Positions 46,002 to 56,358 are shown, counted from the stretch's first letter. The stretch: 64,000 nt of DNA from Novosphingobium sp. (GCA_031361075.1 JANMCG010000007.1:252-64251); one strand, 5' to 3'. The notes: a model not told the origin generated them from the sequence alone. Translations and numbers: made by a program.

Positions 46002-47504
46002 GTGCTGAAATTCTCGATGCTCTTGCAGGCGGTAGACCGGGTTTCCGGTCCGGCCAGGCGCATCCGGAGTTCGATGCAGTCGCTGGGCCAAGGCGCGAAG
46101 AAGCTGGCGCGGGATCTCAATGATCCGGCGAAAGCACAGGCGCGCGGCTATGCGGTGGGAGAGCGCCTTCGTGCGGGTCTCGGCAAGCTTGCTGGTGGGT
46201 TTGTAGCGGCGGGCCGCGCGGCGAAGCGATGGGCAGGCCGCGCGGGTCTCGGCAGCTGGGGCGATGCGGCCGAATTGGCAGGACGCGGGGTCGGCAAGCT
46301 TCTGCGCAAGGGCGCAAGTCTTGCTGCGGGCGCCGCCAAATGGGGCGCGATCGCCGCGGGCGGCGCCGCCAGCTTCGCGTTGTTCGACCTGTTTAGTGTC
46401 GCCAGCCAGTTCGAGCAGTTCCGCGTCGTACTCGAAAACGTCGAAGGCTCGGCTGCTGCAGCGCAAAAGTCACTGAATTGGGTCAAGACCTTCGCCCAGA
46501 CGACGCCATACGAGCTAGCCGATGTGATGGAAGCCTTCGTCTCGCTTAAAGCTTACGGCATCGATCCGGTCGGCGGCTCGCTCACTGCGATCGGCGATGC
46601 CGCTGCCGGTATGAGCAAGCCGATCATGCAAGCGGTCGAAGCGGTCGCAGACGCGATGACCGGCGAATATGAGCGCCTCAAGGAATTCGGCATCACCGCC
46701 GCGGTCGCCGGCGACAAGGTGACCTTCACCTACGTCAAAGCCGGCAAGGCTATCAGCGTTGTCGCCAAGAAGGGCATCGAAGCCGAGAAGGCGGTCGAGG
46801 GCATCTTCAATACCCGGTTCGGCGGAATGATGGCGAAGCAGTCCGCCACGTTCGCCGGCGTGATCAGCAACCTCAAGGACAGCTGGTCGAACTTCCTCCT
46901 CATGGTCGCTGATGCCGGCATCTTCGACATGGTCAAAGCCAAGATCAACGCGATCCTGGGCAAGGTGACCCAGTGGGCCAAGGATGGCACCCTGAAGGCT
47001 TGGGCGCAGAAGGTCTCGGACTGGCTCGAAAAAGCATTCACCTGGGCTGACAAGTTCGTCCGCGAGACCGATTGGGGCAAGGTCGTTTCCGACATGCAGC
47101 AGATCGCGAACGCGGCGCTCACCTTCGCCAAAGCGATCAACTCGATTGCCTGGTTCTTCAGCGAGAGCAGCGGCGAGAAAAAGCTCAACAGTGCAATCTG
47201 GGGCGAAAGCGCTCCCGAGCAGTGGCTCAACAAGAAGCTTTGGGGCGGCGGTGACACCCCGGCGCCAGCGCGGCCGTCGAATAGCGCGCCCACGGGCAAG
47301 CCCGGTAACGGCCTGATGTTGTCGCCCGCGTTCATGCGAAAGGGCGGCAAGGTGAGCGCCAACGACGTGCGAGTCGGTGGCAAGACCCAGATCGATGTCC
47401 GCGTGATCGGCCCGGCGACGGCGCGGGTCGCCTCGCTTTCGAGCGACAATCGGAACGTGCCGCTGCAGGTTAACCTCGGCCGCATCATGGCGGCGCCGGC
47501 ATGA
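46002..47504 (+). CDS. tape measure protein
   Basis: AVDRVSGP N-terminus, FAQTTPYEL...GEYERLKEFG; helical, 500 aa. Confidence 0.9.
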   Translation: MLKFSMLLQAVDRVSGPARRIRSSMQSLGQGAKKLARDLNDPAKAQARGYAVGERLRAGLGKLAGGFVAAGRAAKRWAGRAGLGSWGDAAELAGRGVGKLLRKGASLAAGAAKWGAIAAGGAASFALFDLFSVASQFEQFRVVLENVEGSAAAAQKSLNWVKTFAQTTPYELADVMEAFVSLKAYGIDPVGGSLTAIGDAAAGMSKPIMQAVEAVADAMTGEYERLKEFGITAAVAGDKVTFTYVKAGKAISVVAKKGIEAEKAVEGIFNTRFGGMMAKQSATFAGVISNLKDSWSNFLLMVADAGIFDMVKAKINAILGKVTQWAKDGTLKAWAQKVSDWLEKAFTWADKFVRETDWGKVVSDMQQIANAALTFAKAINSIAWFFSESSGEKKLNSAIWGESAPEQWLNKKLWGGGDTPAPARPSNSAPTGKPGNGLMLSPAFMRKGGKVSANDVRVGGKTQIDVRVIGPATARVASLSSDNRNVPLQVNLGRIMAAPA

Positions 47505-48724
47505 GCTGGCGTGATCAGTATCAGGTCGGGAGCTTTCGCGGCGTTGCCTTCCGGACCGAGAGCCATGAGCGCACGGGCGGCCGGCGCATCGCCAGCTTTG
47601 AATTCCCCGGCCGGGACACGCCGCTGACTGAAGACCTCGGCCGGCGCCAGCAACAATTCTCGATTGATTGCCATGTGATCGGACCCGATTACGTCGGGCC
47701 GCGCGATGAGTTGATCGGCGCGCTTGAGGCAGAAGGGCCCGGCCTGCTCATTCACCCGTGGCACGGTCAGCTGCAGGCCGTTGTGCAGGAGTTCACATCG
47801 AGCGAAACGACCGAGGAGGGCGGCATCTGTCGCTTCCGCATTACATTCGCCGAATCAGGCCAGGCGGTGACCGCGCCGATCGCCGCGCCCAGTGGCCAGG
47901 CGTCGAGCGTGGCAGCCGATGCACAGCAGGCGGCACTTCCCGAGCAATTCGACCAGCGCTTCTCGATCGACGACGCCGCTGGGTTTGTCGAAGAGAGCGC
48001 GGCGCGCCTGATCAGCGGGATAACCGATATCAGCCAGTACGCGGCCAGTCTGCAGGGCGGGATCGGGCCGGCGCTGCGCGCGTTCGACGCTGGGCTGCGC
48101 TACCTGCCCGCGAATATCTCTTCGCTCCTGCGCGCACCGCTCAACCTCGCGAATGCGATCATCGGGCTGGTCGGTGCAGTCAGCCTGATCGGCGCCAGCA
48201 CGCGCGGCCGGATCGGCGCGCTGCTCCGCCTGGTCGATTGGGAACCCGGCGACTCGGCCGTTCCCTTGCTGACGCCGTCGCGGCGCATTGAGGCCGACAA
48301 CAGCGCGGCGCTGCTCTGGCTGTTCCACACTGCCGCCGCGGGCGAGCTCGTGCGCAACGCCGCTCTCGCACCCTTCTCAAGCTATGACGAGGCAGCAGCG
48401 ACCCGCGATGCGATTGCCGATCGGCTCGACCGATTGGCGCTGGCTGCTGCCGATCGCGGCGACGATGACGGCGCGGCGGGCTTCGATACGCTCCGGCGTG
48501 CGCTGGTCCGCGATATCGCTTCGCGTTCGATCAGCCTTGCCCGGCTCTATACGATCCAGACCGATGCCAGCGAGCCTGCACTCGCAATCGCCAATCGTCA
48601 TTATGGCGCTGCCGGCATCGAGGCGCGCGCCGCGGATCTGGCAGCGCGCAATCACGTCGCGCATCCGGGGTTCGTTCCGGGCGGCCGCGAGATCCAGCTC
48701 GTGACGATCGGGGCCGGCAAATGA
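47501..48724 (+). CDS. DNA circularization protein (Mu gpN-like)
   Basis: SFRGVAF, EFPGRD..EDLGR, LIHPWHG and HPGFVP. Confidence 0.92.
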   Translation: MSWRDQYQVGSFRGVAFRTESHERTGGRRIASFEFPGRDTPLTEDLGRRQQQFSIDCHVIGPDYVGPRDELIGALEAEGPGLLIHPWHGQLQAVVQEFTSSETTEEGGICRFRITFAESGQAVTAPIAAPSGQASSVAADAQQAALPEQFDQRFSIDDAAGFVEESAARLISGITDISQYAASLQGGIGPALRAFDAGLRYLPANISSLLRAPLNLANAIIGLVGAVSLIGASTRGRIGALLRLVDWEPGDSAVPLLTPSRRIEADNSAALLWLFHTAAAGELVRNAALAPFSSYDEAAATRDAIADRLDRLALAAADRGDDDGAAGFDTLRRALVRDIASRSISLARLYTIQTDASEPALAIANRHYGAAGIEARAADLAARNHVAHPGFVPGGREIQLVTIGAGK

Positions 48725-49833
48725 GCGACACGGCATTCACCGCACTGCCACGGCACGATGTCGCGCTGCTTGTCGCCGGGCAGGCCTACTTGGGCTGGAC
48801 GGCGCTCACCATTGAACTTGGCATCGATCGGCTGATCGGGAGTTTCTCGCTCGAACTGGCAAGCCGCGATCGCACGGCGGCCCAAGACTGGGCAGTTGCT
48901 GCCGGTGACGACTGCCAGATCGTGTTGGGCGGCAAGGCGCTCATCACCGGATACGTCGACAGCGTTTCGCGCGGGCTTGAGGCCGAGCAGCACACCCTGA
49001 CTGTGGCCGGCCGCGACAAGGCCTGCGATCTGGTCGACTGCGCTGCGCTCAACAAGCCGGGCAGCTGGCGCAACGTGACGCTCGAGAAGATCGCTGGCGA
49101 ACTCGCCGCCCCGTTTGGCGTGTCGATCCAGTTCACCAGCGGCAGCGGCAAGCCGCTCGCTCGCTTCGCGCTGCAGCAAGGCGAGACCGCATGGGCGGCG
49201 ATCGAGCGCGCCGCGCGCTACCGAGGCCTGATCGCCTTCTCGGATGGCCAGGGCGGCATCAAGATCGGCAATCCGGACAGCGGCATCCGCTCGGGCCGGA
49301 TTGCCGAAGGGAACAACCTGCTGTCGATCACGGCCGAAGTCGACCATTCGCAGCGCTTTTCGCAGTATGTGGTCAAAGGCCAGTCCTCGGGCACCGACGA
49401 TCGCCACGGCAAAGTGGTTGCGCAGATCAAGGGCGAAGCGAACGATGCCGGTGTAACCCGCTACCGGCCGATGATGGTCATCGGCGAAGAGCAGAGCGAC
49501 GCGGCCTCGCTCAAGAAGCGCGCCAACTGGGAAGCCACCGTTCGCGCCGCGCGCGCCGAAAAGGCCACCGTGAGCGTGCCTGGCTGGTTCGCCGGCGACG
49601 GATCGGCGAACGGCCCGGTCTGGGAACCAGGCGCGCGCGCTGACTGCGATGCGCCTTCGGTGAAGATCTCGGGCGATCGCCTGATCGAGAGCCTGCGCCT
49701 GAGCCGCGACGATCAAGGCACCCGGACTGAGCTTGTGCTGGTCGCGCCTGCAGCGTGGACCCAGCTCGCCGAACCCGAGCCCAAGCCGCCCGCGCCGAAG
49801 GTTGCCAAGAAAAAGAAACGGCGGACGACATGA
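48721..49833 (+). CDS. baseplate hub (Mu gp44/gpP-like)
   Basis: ITGYVD, GRDKACDLVDC, GET, RFSQY and RYRP. Confidence 0.9.
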   Translation: MSDTAFTALPRHDVALLVAGQAYLGWTALTIELGIDRLIGSFSLELASRDRTAAQDWAVAAGDDCQIVLGGKALITGYVDSVSRGLEAEQHTLTVAGRDKACDLVDCAALNKPGSWRNVTLEKIAGELAAPFGVSIQFTSGSGKPLARFALQQGETAWAAIERAARYRGLIAFSDGQGGIKIGNPDSGIRSGRIAEGNNLLSITAEVDHSQRFSQYVVKGQSSGTDDRHGKVVAQIKGEANDAGVTRYRPMMVIGEEQSDAASLKKRANWEATVRAARAEKATVSVPGWFAGDGSANGPVWEPGARADCDAPSVKISGDRLIESLRLSRDDQGTRTELVLVAPAAWTQLAEPEPKPPAPKVAKKKKRRTT

Positions 49834-50378
49834 TGCACGCGCTCGAAGCCCGGGTCCGCCTGATGTTCGGCCGCGCGATCGTGCGCCTGGTCGACGACGC
49901 GCGGCTCGCCCAGGAACTGCAAATCGATCTCCTCGAGGACGAGAGCCAGGACGCGGTCGAGCACCTGCAGCCCTACGGCTTCGCCGCGCATCCCCATTCC
50001 GGTGCCGAGGCTGTTGTCGGCTGTGTTGGAGGCCTTCGCAGCCATGCGATCGTGATCGCGGTTGCCGATCGGCGCTACCGCCTGAGGAACCTGGAACAGG
50101 GCGAAGTCGGGATCTATGACGATCTCGGCAACATCGTTGTGCTGAAGCGCGGCAAGATCGAAATCACCGCGCAGAGCAAGATCGAAATGACCGCGCCCGA
50201 TGGGCTCAAGATCATCGCCGACACCGAAATCCAGGGTGACATTACAATCACCGGCGATGTGTCGATCGACGGCGCGGTTACCACCACCGGCGACGTAACC
50301 GCCGATGGTATCACCCTCAAGCATCACAAACACTCGGGCGTCCAGGCTGGCGCTGCGCAGACCGGGGAGCCGGTCTGA
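49830..50378 (+). CDS. baseplate spike (Mu gp45-like)
   Basis: QPYGF..P, DRRYR, GEV.IYDD and LKHHKHSGV. Confidence 0.9.
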   Translation: MMHALEARVRLMFGRAIVRLVDDARLAQELQIDLLEDESQDAVEHLQPYGFAAHPHSGAEAVVGCVGGLRSHAIVIAVADRRYRLRNLEQGEVGIYDDLGNIVVLKRGKIEITAQSKIEMTAPDGLKIIADTEIQGDITITGDVSIDGAVTTTGDVTADGITLKHHKHSGVQAGAAQTGEPV

Positions 50379-50857
50379 TGGCGGATATTGCACTCGCCTG
50401 GAATGCGGACGCTTTCGCTGCCGACTTGCTGCTCGAGCGCGGCGCGCTGGTCCAGGACGACGGCCTGCGTACTTCGATCCTGATCTCATTGTTCAGCGAC
50501 GCGCGAGCGCCGGCCGGGGCGGAGCTTCCCGAGGCCGGTTCGGATCTGCGCGGGTGGTGGGGCGATGACTTCGCTGCCGATGGCTCGCCGGCCGACAGCG
50601 CCAACGCGACCGGATCGACGCTGTGGCTGCTGCAGCGCTCGAAAATCACCGCCGCGACACTGCAGCGTGCCCGCGAGGCCGCGAGCGCAGCGCTGGGCTG
50701 GCTGATCCGCGACGGCGTGGCCAGCACGGTCAAGGTCGATGCCGAAGCGCAAGGCGACCGCCTGGCGATCGGTGTGACGATCGACCGCCCGCAAGGCCCC
50801 GGCCGCCAGCGCTGGGACTTCACCTGGGATGCTTCCACCGGAGAGCTTGTGTCATGA
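50378..50857 (+). CDS. Mu gp46-like baseplate protein
   Basis: ISLFSDARA, RGWWGD, GSTLWLL and LGWLIRDGVA. Confidence 0.92.
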   Translation: MADIALAWNADAFAADLLLERGALVQDDGLRTSILISLFSDARAPAGAELPEAGSDLRGWWGDDFAADGSPADSANATGSTLWLLQRSKITAATLQRAREAASAALGWLIRDGVASTVKVDAEAQGDRLAIGVTIDRPQGPGRQRWDFTWDASTGELVS

Positions 50858-51903
50858 GTTTCGTTCGACCGTCCCTTTCAGAACTGATCGAACGCAACCG
50901 CGGCGATATCGAATCGCGCCTGCCCGGTGCCGACAGCCGGTTGCGCCATTCAGTGCTCGATGTGCTCGGCCGGGCGCATGCCGGCAGCGCGGCGGGGCTC
51001 TATGGTTATCTTGACTTCCTCGCGCGGCAGCTGATGCCCGACACCGCCGAGGCAGAATATCTCTCGCGCTGGGCCAGCATCTGGGGCGTGCGGCGCAAGT
51101 CCGCGACGGCTGCCCGGGCGACAGCGAGTGCCAGCGGCGTCAATGGCAGCATTGTGCCGGCCGGGACCGAACTGCAGCGCGGGGATGGCGCGTTCTATCA
51201 GGTCACCGCCGATGCATTGATCGCCGCCGGCGTCGCCGCGGTCTCGCTTGCGGCGGTAACGCCGGGGACAGGCGGCGACGTCCTGATCGGCTCAGTACTC
51301 ACGCTCACTAGCCCGGTTGCCGGCGTCGCCGCCGAACTGACCGTTTCGGCGATCGCCGTCGTGGGCAGCGACGAAGAGGATGACGACAGTCTGCTCGCGC
51401 GGCTGCTTGACCGCATTCAGAACCCGCAGCTCGGCGGTAAGGAAAGAGACTATGTCCAATGGGCTTTGGAGCAGCCGGGCGTCACCCGCGCCTGGGCCTA
51501 TTCGCTGTGGCTCGGGCTTGGCACTGTGGGTCTGACCTTCGTCATGGACGGGCGGGAGGATATCCTGCCGCTGGCTCCGGACGTTGCAGCCGTGCAAGCG
51601 GCGCTCGATCTGCTGCGCCCGGTCACCGCCGAACTGACCGTATTCGCGCCCAGTGCCCGCCCGGTCGACGTTAGCCTGCGAATCACACCCGACACGCCGG
51701 CAGTTCGCGCGGCGATCACGCTGGAGCTCGCCGATCTGTTCGTGCGCGAGGCGATCCCGGGCGGTACTCTCTATGGCAGCCGGATCGGCGAAGCTGTCAG
51801 CCTGGCAGAAGGCGAGTTCTCGCACGAAATCGTACTGCCGGCCGGAGACATCGGTGCTGGTCCCGGTGAGCTGCTCGTGTTCGGGGAGGCGAGCTTCCTG
51901 TGA
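50854..51903 (+). CDS. baseplate J-like protein (Mu gp47)
   Basis: F.RPSL, PDTAE, GSDEEDD and GG...DYVQWALE.PGVTRAW. Confidence 0.92.
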   Translation: MSFVRPSLSELIERNRGDIESRLPGADSRLRHSVLDVLGRAHAGSAAGLYGYLDFLARQLMPDTAEAEYLSRWASIWGVRRKSATAARATASASGVNGSIVPAGTELQRGDGAFYQVTADALIAAGVAAVSLAAVTPGTGGDVLIGSVLTLTSPVAGVAAELTVSAIAVVGSDEEDDDSLLARLLDRIQNPQLGGKERDYVQWALEQPGVTRAWAYSLWLGLGTVGLTFVMDGREDILPLAPDVAAVQAALDLLRPVTAELTVFAPSARPVDVSLRITPDTPAVRAAITLELADLFVREAIPGGTLYGSRIGEAVSLAEGEFSHEIVLPAGDIGAGPGELLVFGEASFL

Positions 51904-52565
51904 GTCTGGAAATCGCCTTGCTGCCGCGCCCGGCGCAGGCCTATGCGGCGCAGCTGGGGCAGCTGCTGCCTCAGGGTGCTGCATGGTCCTATGCGCCCGA
52001 TGGAACGCTGGCCGGGTTGCTGCTCGCACTGGGTGAGGAATTTGCCCGGATCGACGGCCGCGCGCTCGACCTGGTCGAGGAGGCCGACCCGCGCACTGCG
52101 CTCGAGCTGCTGCCCGACTGGGAACGCGTCGCGGCCTTGCCCGATACCTGCACCGGCGCGCCCGACAACGTGTTCGAGCGCCAGGCTGCGCTGCACCAAA
52201 AGCTGACTAGGCGCGGTGCGCAGAATATTGCCGCCTATGTCGAGCTCGCGGCACGCGTCGGTTACAACGTCTGGATTGAGGAGCACCGCCCGGCGCGTTG
52301 CGGCATGCGGCTTGGCGACCGGCTCAACGGCCCGCTCTGGACGTTCGTGTGGACCGTCCACATTCGCCCGTTCAACGGCTACCTCGAGGAGAGCACCTTC
52401 CTTGCCCAGGCGCGCATCGGCGACCGGCTCGGAGTGCGTCTGCGCGGCTTTGGCGCTCTCGATCTCGAGTGCCTTATCGGCCGTGCAGCACCCGCCCACA
52501 CCAATGTCCTGTTCGCTTACGACATCGAGCCAAGCGCTGTGTTCTGGATCGATTTCACATCATGA
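51900..52565 (+). CDS. DUF2313/YmfQ baseplate protein (Mu gp48)
   Basis: LLPQGAAW, EADPRT..ELLPDWER and PAHT. Confidence 0.9.
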   Translation: MSLEIALLPRPAQAYAAQLGQLLPQGAAWSYAPDGTLAGLLLALGEEFARIDGRALDLVEEADPRTALELLPDWERVAALPDTCTGAPDNVFERQAALHQKLTRRGAQNIAAYVELAARVGYNVWIEEHRPARCGMRLGDRLNGPLWTFVWTVHIRPFNGYLEESTFLAQARIGDRLGVRLRGFGALDLECLIGRAAPAHTNVLFAYDIEPSAVFWIDFTS

Positions 52566-52578
52566 GGAGGTGCTAGAC

Positions 52579-53268
52579 ATGCATCGTATTGATACCCCCG
52601 GATCGGTCCAAGGCCGGTTCAATGACGGCAACCCGGCCGTTGGCCAGCAGGCCACACAACTGCTCTCACCGTGGTTCAACGATATCCAGGAGAACGTGTG
52701 CCACGCGATCGAGCAAGCCGGGCTCGTGCTCGACAAGGGCGACCAGACCCAGCTGCTTTCCGCGATCCTTGCTCTGATCGCCGGCGTTGTCGGAACCGGC
52801 GGCGGCGCGGTGCCGACCACGCGCCTCGTCAGCACCAGCGGACTGGCGAGCGGCGGAGGTGCGCTCGCCACCGACCGCACGATCGACGTCGCGAAGGCCT
52901 CGGCCGCACAGGTCGCCGCGGGGTTGCTCGATGACTGTGCGATCACGCCGCTCGGCCTCGCTACGGCAGCCGCCACCGGCCTTGCCGACAACGGGTACTA
53001 TGTCCTGCCCGGCGGCATGATCCTGCAATGGGGCCAGCTGCGCGGTACTTATGCCGAGGGCGCGGTGGGGGTGACCTTCCCGATCACTTTCCCCAACCAC
53101 TGTTACACACTGCAGGCCACCGCGCTCAACCAGGCATCGAACAACAACAACGATGTCTGGTGCCAGAACGTCAGCAAGTCCCTGAGCGGAGCTACCTTCT
53201 TTTTCAACTACGACGGCAGCGGATCGAACGTGATCCAGGGCCTCGATTATCTCGCCATTGGCAACTGA
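52579..53268 (+). CDS. short tail fibre (229 aa)
   Basis: MHRID...F.DGNP...AT...WFNDIQE anchor; NGYYVLPGGMILQWG...FPITFPN...YLAIGN tip domain; RBS GAGGAGG. Confidence 0.88.
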   Translation: MHRIDTPGSVQGRFNDGNPAVGQQATQLLSPWFNDIQENVCHAIEQAGLVLDKGDQTQLLSAILALIAGVVGTGGGAVPTTRLVSTSGLASGGGALATDRTIDVAKASAAQVAAGLLDDCAITPLGLATAAATGLADNGYYVLPGGMILQWGQLRGTYAEGAVGVTFPITFPNHCYTLQATALNQASNNNNDVWCQNVSKSLSGATFFFNYDGSGSNVIQGLDYLAIGN

Positions 53269-53281
53269 GGAGCTCGGCTCG

Positions 53282-53737
53282 ATGAAACGCTATTACAGTG
53301 CTGCCCAAGGCGGCTTTTTCGATGATAACCTGCACGGCCCGCTGCTGATCGAAGCACCGATGTCATCCCGCGCGAAGAAGGCCGGCAAGCGCCCCGCGCT
53401 GGTGCCCAATCCGGACACGAAGATCCCGGCCGACGCGGTCGAAGTTAGCGAAGTCCAGTACCGAAAGTTGCTGGATGCGCAGACTGCGGGTCAGAAGATC
53501 GATGCCCGCGCTGGCCAGCCGGTTGCGGTCGATCGCATCGCCTCGGCCGAGGAGCTCGAAGCTTCGCGGCGGCTCGAGCGCGACAAGCGCCTGGCCGCCA
53601 GCGACTGGACCCAGCTCGCTGACACTCTGGCTGACGATCCCGAGGCCAAAGCGTCCTTCGCGGGCTACCGCAAAGCGCTGCGCGAGCTCGATATGAGCGG
53701 CGGCGACTGGCCGGTCCCGCCCATGGTGTCGGTCTGA
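53282..53737 (+). CDS. tail fibre assembly chaperone
   Basis: YYS...GFF, IPADAVEV, RDKRLAASDWTQL...YRKALR...WPVPP. Confidence 0.85.
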   Translation: MKRYYSAAQGGFFDDNLHGPLLIEAPMSSRAKKAGKRPALVPNPDTKIPADAVEVSEVQYRKLLDAQTAGQKIDARAGQPVAVDRIASAEELEASRRLERDKRLAASDWTQLADTLADDPEAKASFAGYRKALRELDMSGGDWPVPPMVSV

Positions 53738-54285
53738 TGGCACGGCGCAAGGCCATCGCCCTCGCGGTCCCGGCCAGCACGGCCGAGGCGGCAGCACTGC
53801 TCGCTGACTACGTCGCCGCCGATCGCAAGATCAGCGAAGTCCAGCTGGTGGCCGAGCAGGTGCTCGACCAGGTCAAGGCCGAGCGCGACGCGCTGATCGC
53901 GCTGGTCTCGGCCGAGCAGCCGGGCCGTTTCGCCTCGCTCAAGGCGTGGTGGGAAGCGGGAGGGAAGGACATCGCGGGTAAAGGTCGTTCGGCGGAGATC
54001 GCCGGCGCGAAGCTCGGCGTCCGTCTGACGACGCCAGCGGTAAAATTCGGCAAAGGCTGGAATGGCGAAAAGGTCGTGGCCTGGCTGTCCAACCAGCGCT
54101 GGCTCGGCAAGACCCGGTTCCTGCGCAAAAAGGTCGAACTCGATAAGCCGGCAGTGATCAAGGCGATCGGCGAGCCCGGCGTGGCCAAGGTTTTCGCCAA
54201 GGTGCTGACCGTCAATCAGACCGACGAATTCTTCATCGACACCGGCATCGATCGCGAGGCGATCGCCAAGGAAATCAGCGGCTGA
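53737..54285 (+). CDS. Mu Gam-like host-nuclease inhibitor
   Basis: Helical N-half, G.LGVR.T.PAV, FLRKKVELDKPA and QTDEFFI match the Gam pattern. Confidence 0.8.
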   Translation: MARRKAIALAVPASTAEAAALLADYVAADRKISEVQLVAEQVLDQVKAERDALIALVSAEQPGRFASLKAWWEAGGKDIAGKGRSAEIAGAKLGVRLTTPAVKFGKGWNGEKVVAWLSNQRWLGKTRFLRKKVELDKPAVIKAIGEPGVAKVFAKVLTVNQTDEFFIDTGIDREAIAKEISG

Positions 54286-54287
54286 CC

Positions 54288-54599
54288 ATGTCCGAAGTGT
54301 TCAACGCCATTTGTCCCGGCTTTGCCTTTGCCCAGGATTTCGACACCGACCCGGGTGCCATGCCCGCCGGAGCGACGTTGTGGCTGAACCTGCGGCGGGC
54401 GACCGGCTCGAAGCCGGTTGTGCTGGAGCATGTCGAGCTGGTCCGGGTCAGCGCCACGCGCTTTCGCCTGGCGCTTAGCGCGTCTGAAACCAGCCTGCTG
54501 GTCGATGGAATGCTCGAAGGCGATTTCATCCAGAATTCCAACGGGACCGACGTGCCACTGATGGTGCGGATCTCGATCCCGGTGGTGCAGCTCGTATGA
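54288..54599 (+). CDS. putative adaptor (beta-sandwich) protein
   Basis: 103 aa, beta-rich, FRLALSASETSLL; first gene of the terminal module. Confidence 0.6.
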   Translation: MSEVFNAICPGFAFAQDFDTDPGAMPAGATLWLNLRRATGSKPVVLEHVELVRVSATRFRLALSASETSLLVDGMLEGDFIQNSNGTDVPLMVRISIPVVQLV

Positions 54600-54937
54600 G
54601 TACGCCGATCCGCCTTGCCGTCCGGCCGGTCAGCCCGATCGCGCTGACCCATAGTGCGCCTGTGCCGTTGCGCCTCACCCGGCTGAGCCAGGCAGCACCG
54701 CTGCTGCGCCTGGCCGGGGTGATGGTGATCGATGTTTCGGGCAACAGCGACACGATCGAATTCATCGCGGACCACGACGGTGAACACATCGTTGCGGTCG
54801 GCAGCGTCACCGCGCGGCTGCTGATCAATGGCCTGCTGGCCGCAAAATCGGAATTTTCAGTGACCGCAGGGTCGCTTCATATCCCGCCGGAACTGGGCGT
54901 CATGGCGGGCGACACGATAACCATTCTGCCCAGTTAG
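54596..54937 (+). CDS. hypothetical protein with Ig-like C-terminal domain
   Basis: LLINGL...EFSVTAGSL...AGDTITI resembles the C-terminus of the next gene. Confidence 0.6.
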   Translation: MSTPIRLAVRPVSPIALTHSAPVPLRLTRLSQAAPLLRLAGVMVIDVSGNSDTIEFIADHDGEHIVAVGSVTARLLINGLLAAKSEFSVTAGSLHIPPELGVMAGDTITILPS

Positions 54938-54950
54938 CAAGGAAGCGAAC

Positions 54951-56099
54951 ATGCAGCTCAATCTCGCCACGCAGGTCAAAGGCCTGCTCGCCACCGCCAG
55001 CCTGGCGGACGGTGCAAACTTCCTGAAAAAGGACGGATCGGTCGCGCTGACCGCCAGCCTGAACGCCGGGAACCAGACGATCCAAAACCTCGCAAACGGG
55101 GTAAACGGCACTGATGCGGTCAACCTCACCCAGGTCCAGGCGCTGATCAGCGGGCTCTCGGACAAGGCCGAGGTGCAATATTGCTCGACCAGCCCGCTTC
55201 CGGCGAACACCTATGCCAACGGCGCGGCCGGGGTCGGCGCCACACTGACCGGAAACGTCAATGGCGCGCTTTCGGTCGATGGAGTGCCGTCGGTTGCGGG
55301 CCAGCGGGTGCTGATCGCAGGCGAGGCTGCGCCCGCCAACAATGGCATCTACACCGTCACTGCGGCCGGCGGAGCGGGCGCGGTCTATGTGCTGACCCGC
55401 GCGGCCGACATGGACACGGCGGCTGAGTTCGGCACCGGCGTGATGATCCCGGTCAAGATCGCCACCGGCAACACTGCGGGCACCAGCAACGACAGCAAGG
55501 TGTTCATCAGCGCGGCCGCCTCCGCGTTCGTGGTCGGGACGACGGCGATCAGCTTCAGCCTGATCGGCTCGACCTACGCCGCAGGGACCGGGCTGGCGCT
55601 GGGTGGGACCACCTTCTCGGTCACTTACGGCGCTGCGGCGGGAACCGCCGCGCAGGGCAACGACGCCCGGATCACCGGCGCACTGCAGACTACTGCGCTC
55701 GGCGCGAATATCCAGACCGCGCTGGGTCTCGCGCTCAATGCGGCCAGCGGCATTGCCGGGCTCACCGCTGGCGGCGTGCTTGCGGCGGCCCAGCACCCGG
55801 CACTGACCGGCGATGTGACCAATGCCGCCGGTTCGCTCGCCACCACGGTAAACACCACCGCAGGCACCGGTTTCCTCAAATATGGCAAGATCCTCATGGG
55901 CGAGGTGCCAACCGGAGCGATCAACGGGGCCAACACCACCTTTGTGCTGGCGAACACCCCGCAAAATGGCGCGATCGGCGTTTTCCTCAATGGCCTGCGG
56001 TGTAAGTTGACCACCGATTACGCCATCGTCGGAACCACGATCACGATGGTCGCTGCGCCGCCAGCGGGCGATGTAGTGACGGCCGACTATGTCTTCTGA
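54951..56099 (+). CDS. virion fibre/decoration protein
   Basis: YadA-neck-like IQNLANGVNGTDAVNLTQV; VDGV...GQRVL...NNGIYTV...LTRAAD; C-terminal VFLNGL...DY...GDVV.ADY. Confidence 0.75.
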   Translation: MQLNLATQVKGLLATASLADGANFLKKDGSVALTASLNAGNQTIQNLANGVNGTDAVNLTQVQALISGLSDKAEVQYCSTSPLPANTYANGAAGVGATLTGNVNGALSVDGVPSVAGQRVLIAGEAAPANNGIYTVTAAGGAGAVYVLTRAADMDTAAEFGTGVMIPVKIATGNTAGTSNDSKVFISAAASAFVVGTTAISFSLIGSTYAAGTGLALGGTTFSVTYGAAAGTAAQGNDARITGALQTTALGANIQTALGLALNAASGIAGLTAGGVLAAAQHPALTGDVTNAAGSLATTVNTTAGTGFLKYGKILMGEVPTGAINGANTTFVLANTPQNGAIGVFLNGLRCKLTTDYAIVGTTITMVAAPPAGDVVTADYVF

Positions 56100-56358
56100 G
56101 CTGCTCGCCCAAGCGCTGGCCGCCGCCGGCGCCGAAATCGGCGACAAGGCCACCGCGCTGATAGTCGCCCAACTGCGGCTGCAGGTTGTCGAGGGCCAAC
56201 TCGCCCAGGCGCTGGAGCACGGCGCGCTGCAAGCCGCACGGATCACCGAGGATGCCCAAACGATTCTAGCCGTGCGCGCCGATCGGGATGAATGGCGGGC
56301 GAAAGCCGAGAAGATCGTCGCGCTAACGCGCACCAAAAACCGGGGAAAACAACCATGA
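56089..56358 (+). CDS. coiled-coil protein
   Basis: 89 aa, helical; overlaps both neighbours. Confidence 0.6.
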   Translation: MSSELLAQALAAAGAEIGDKATALIVAQLRLQVVEGQLAQALEHGALQAARITEDAQTILAVRADRDEWRAKAEKIVALTRTKNRGKQP

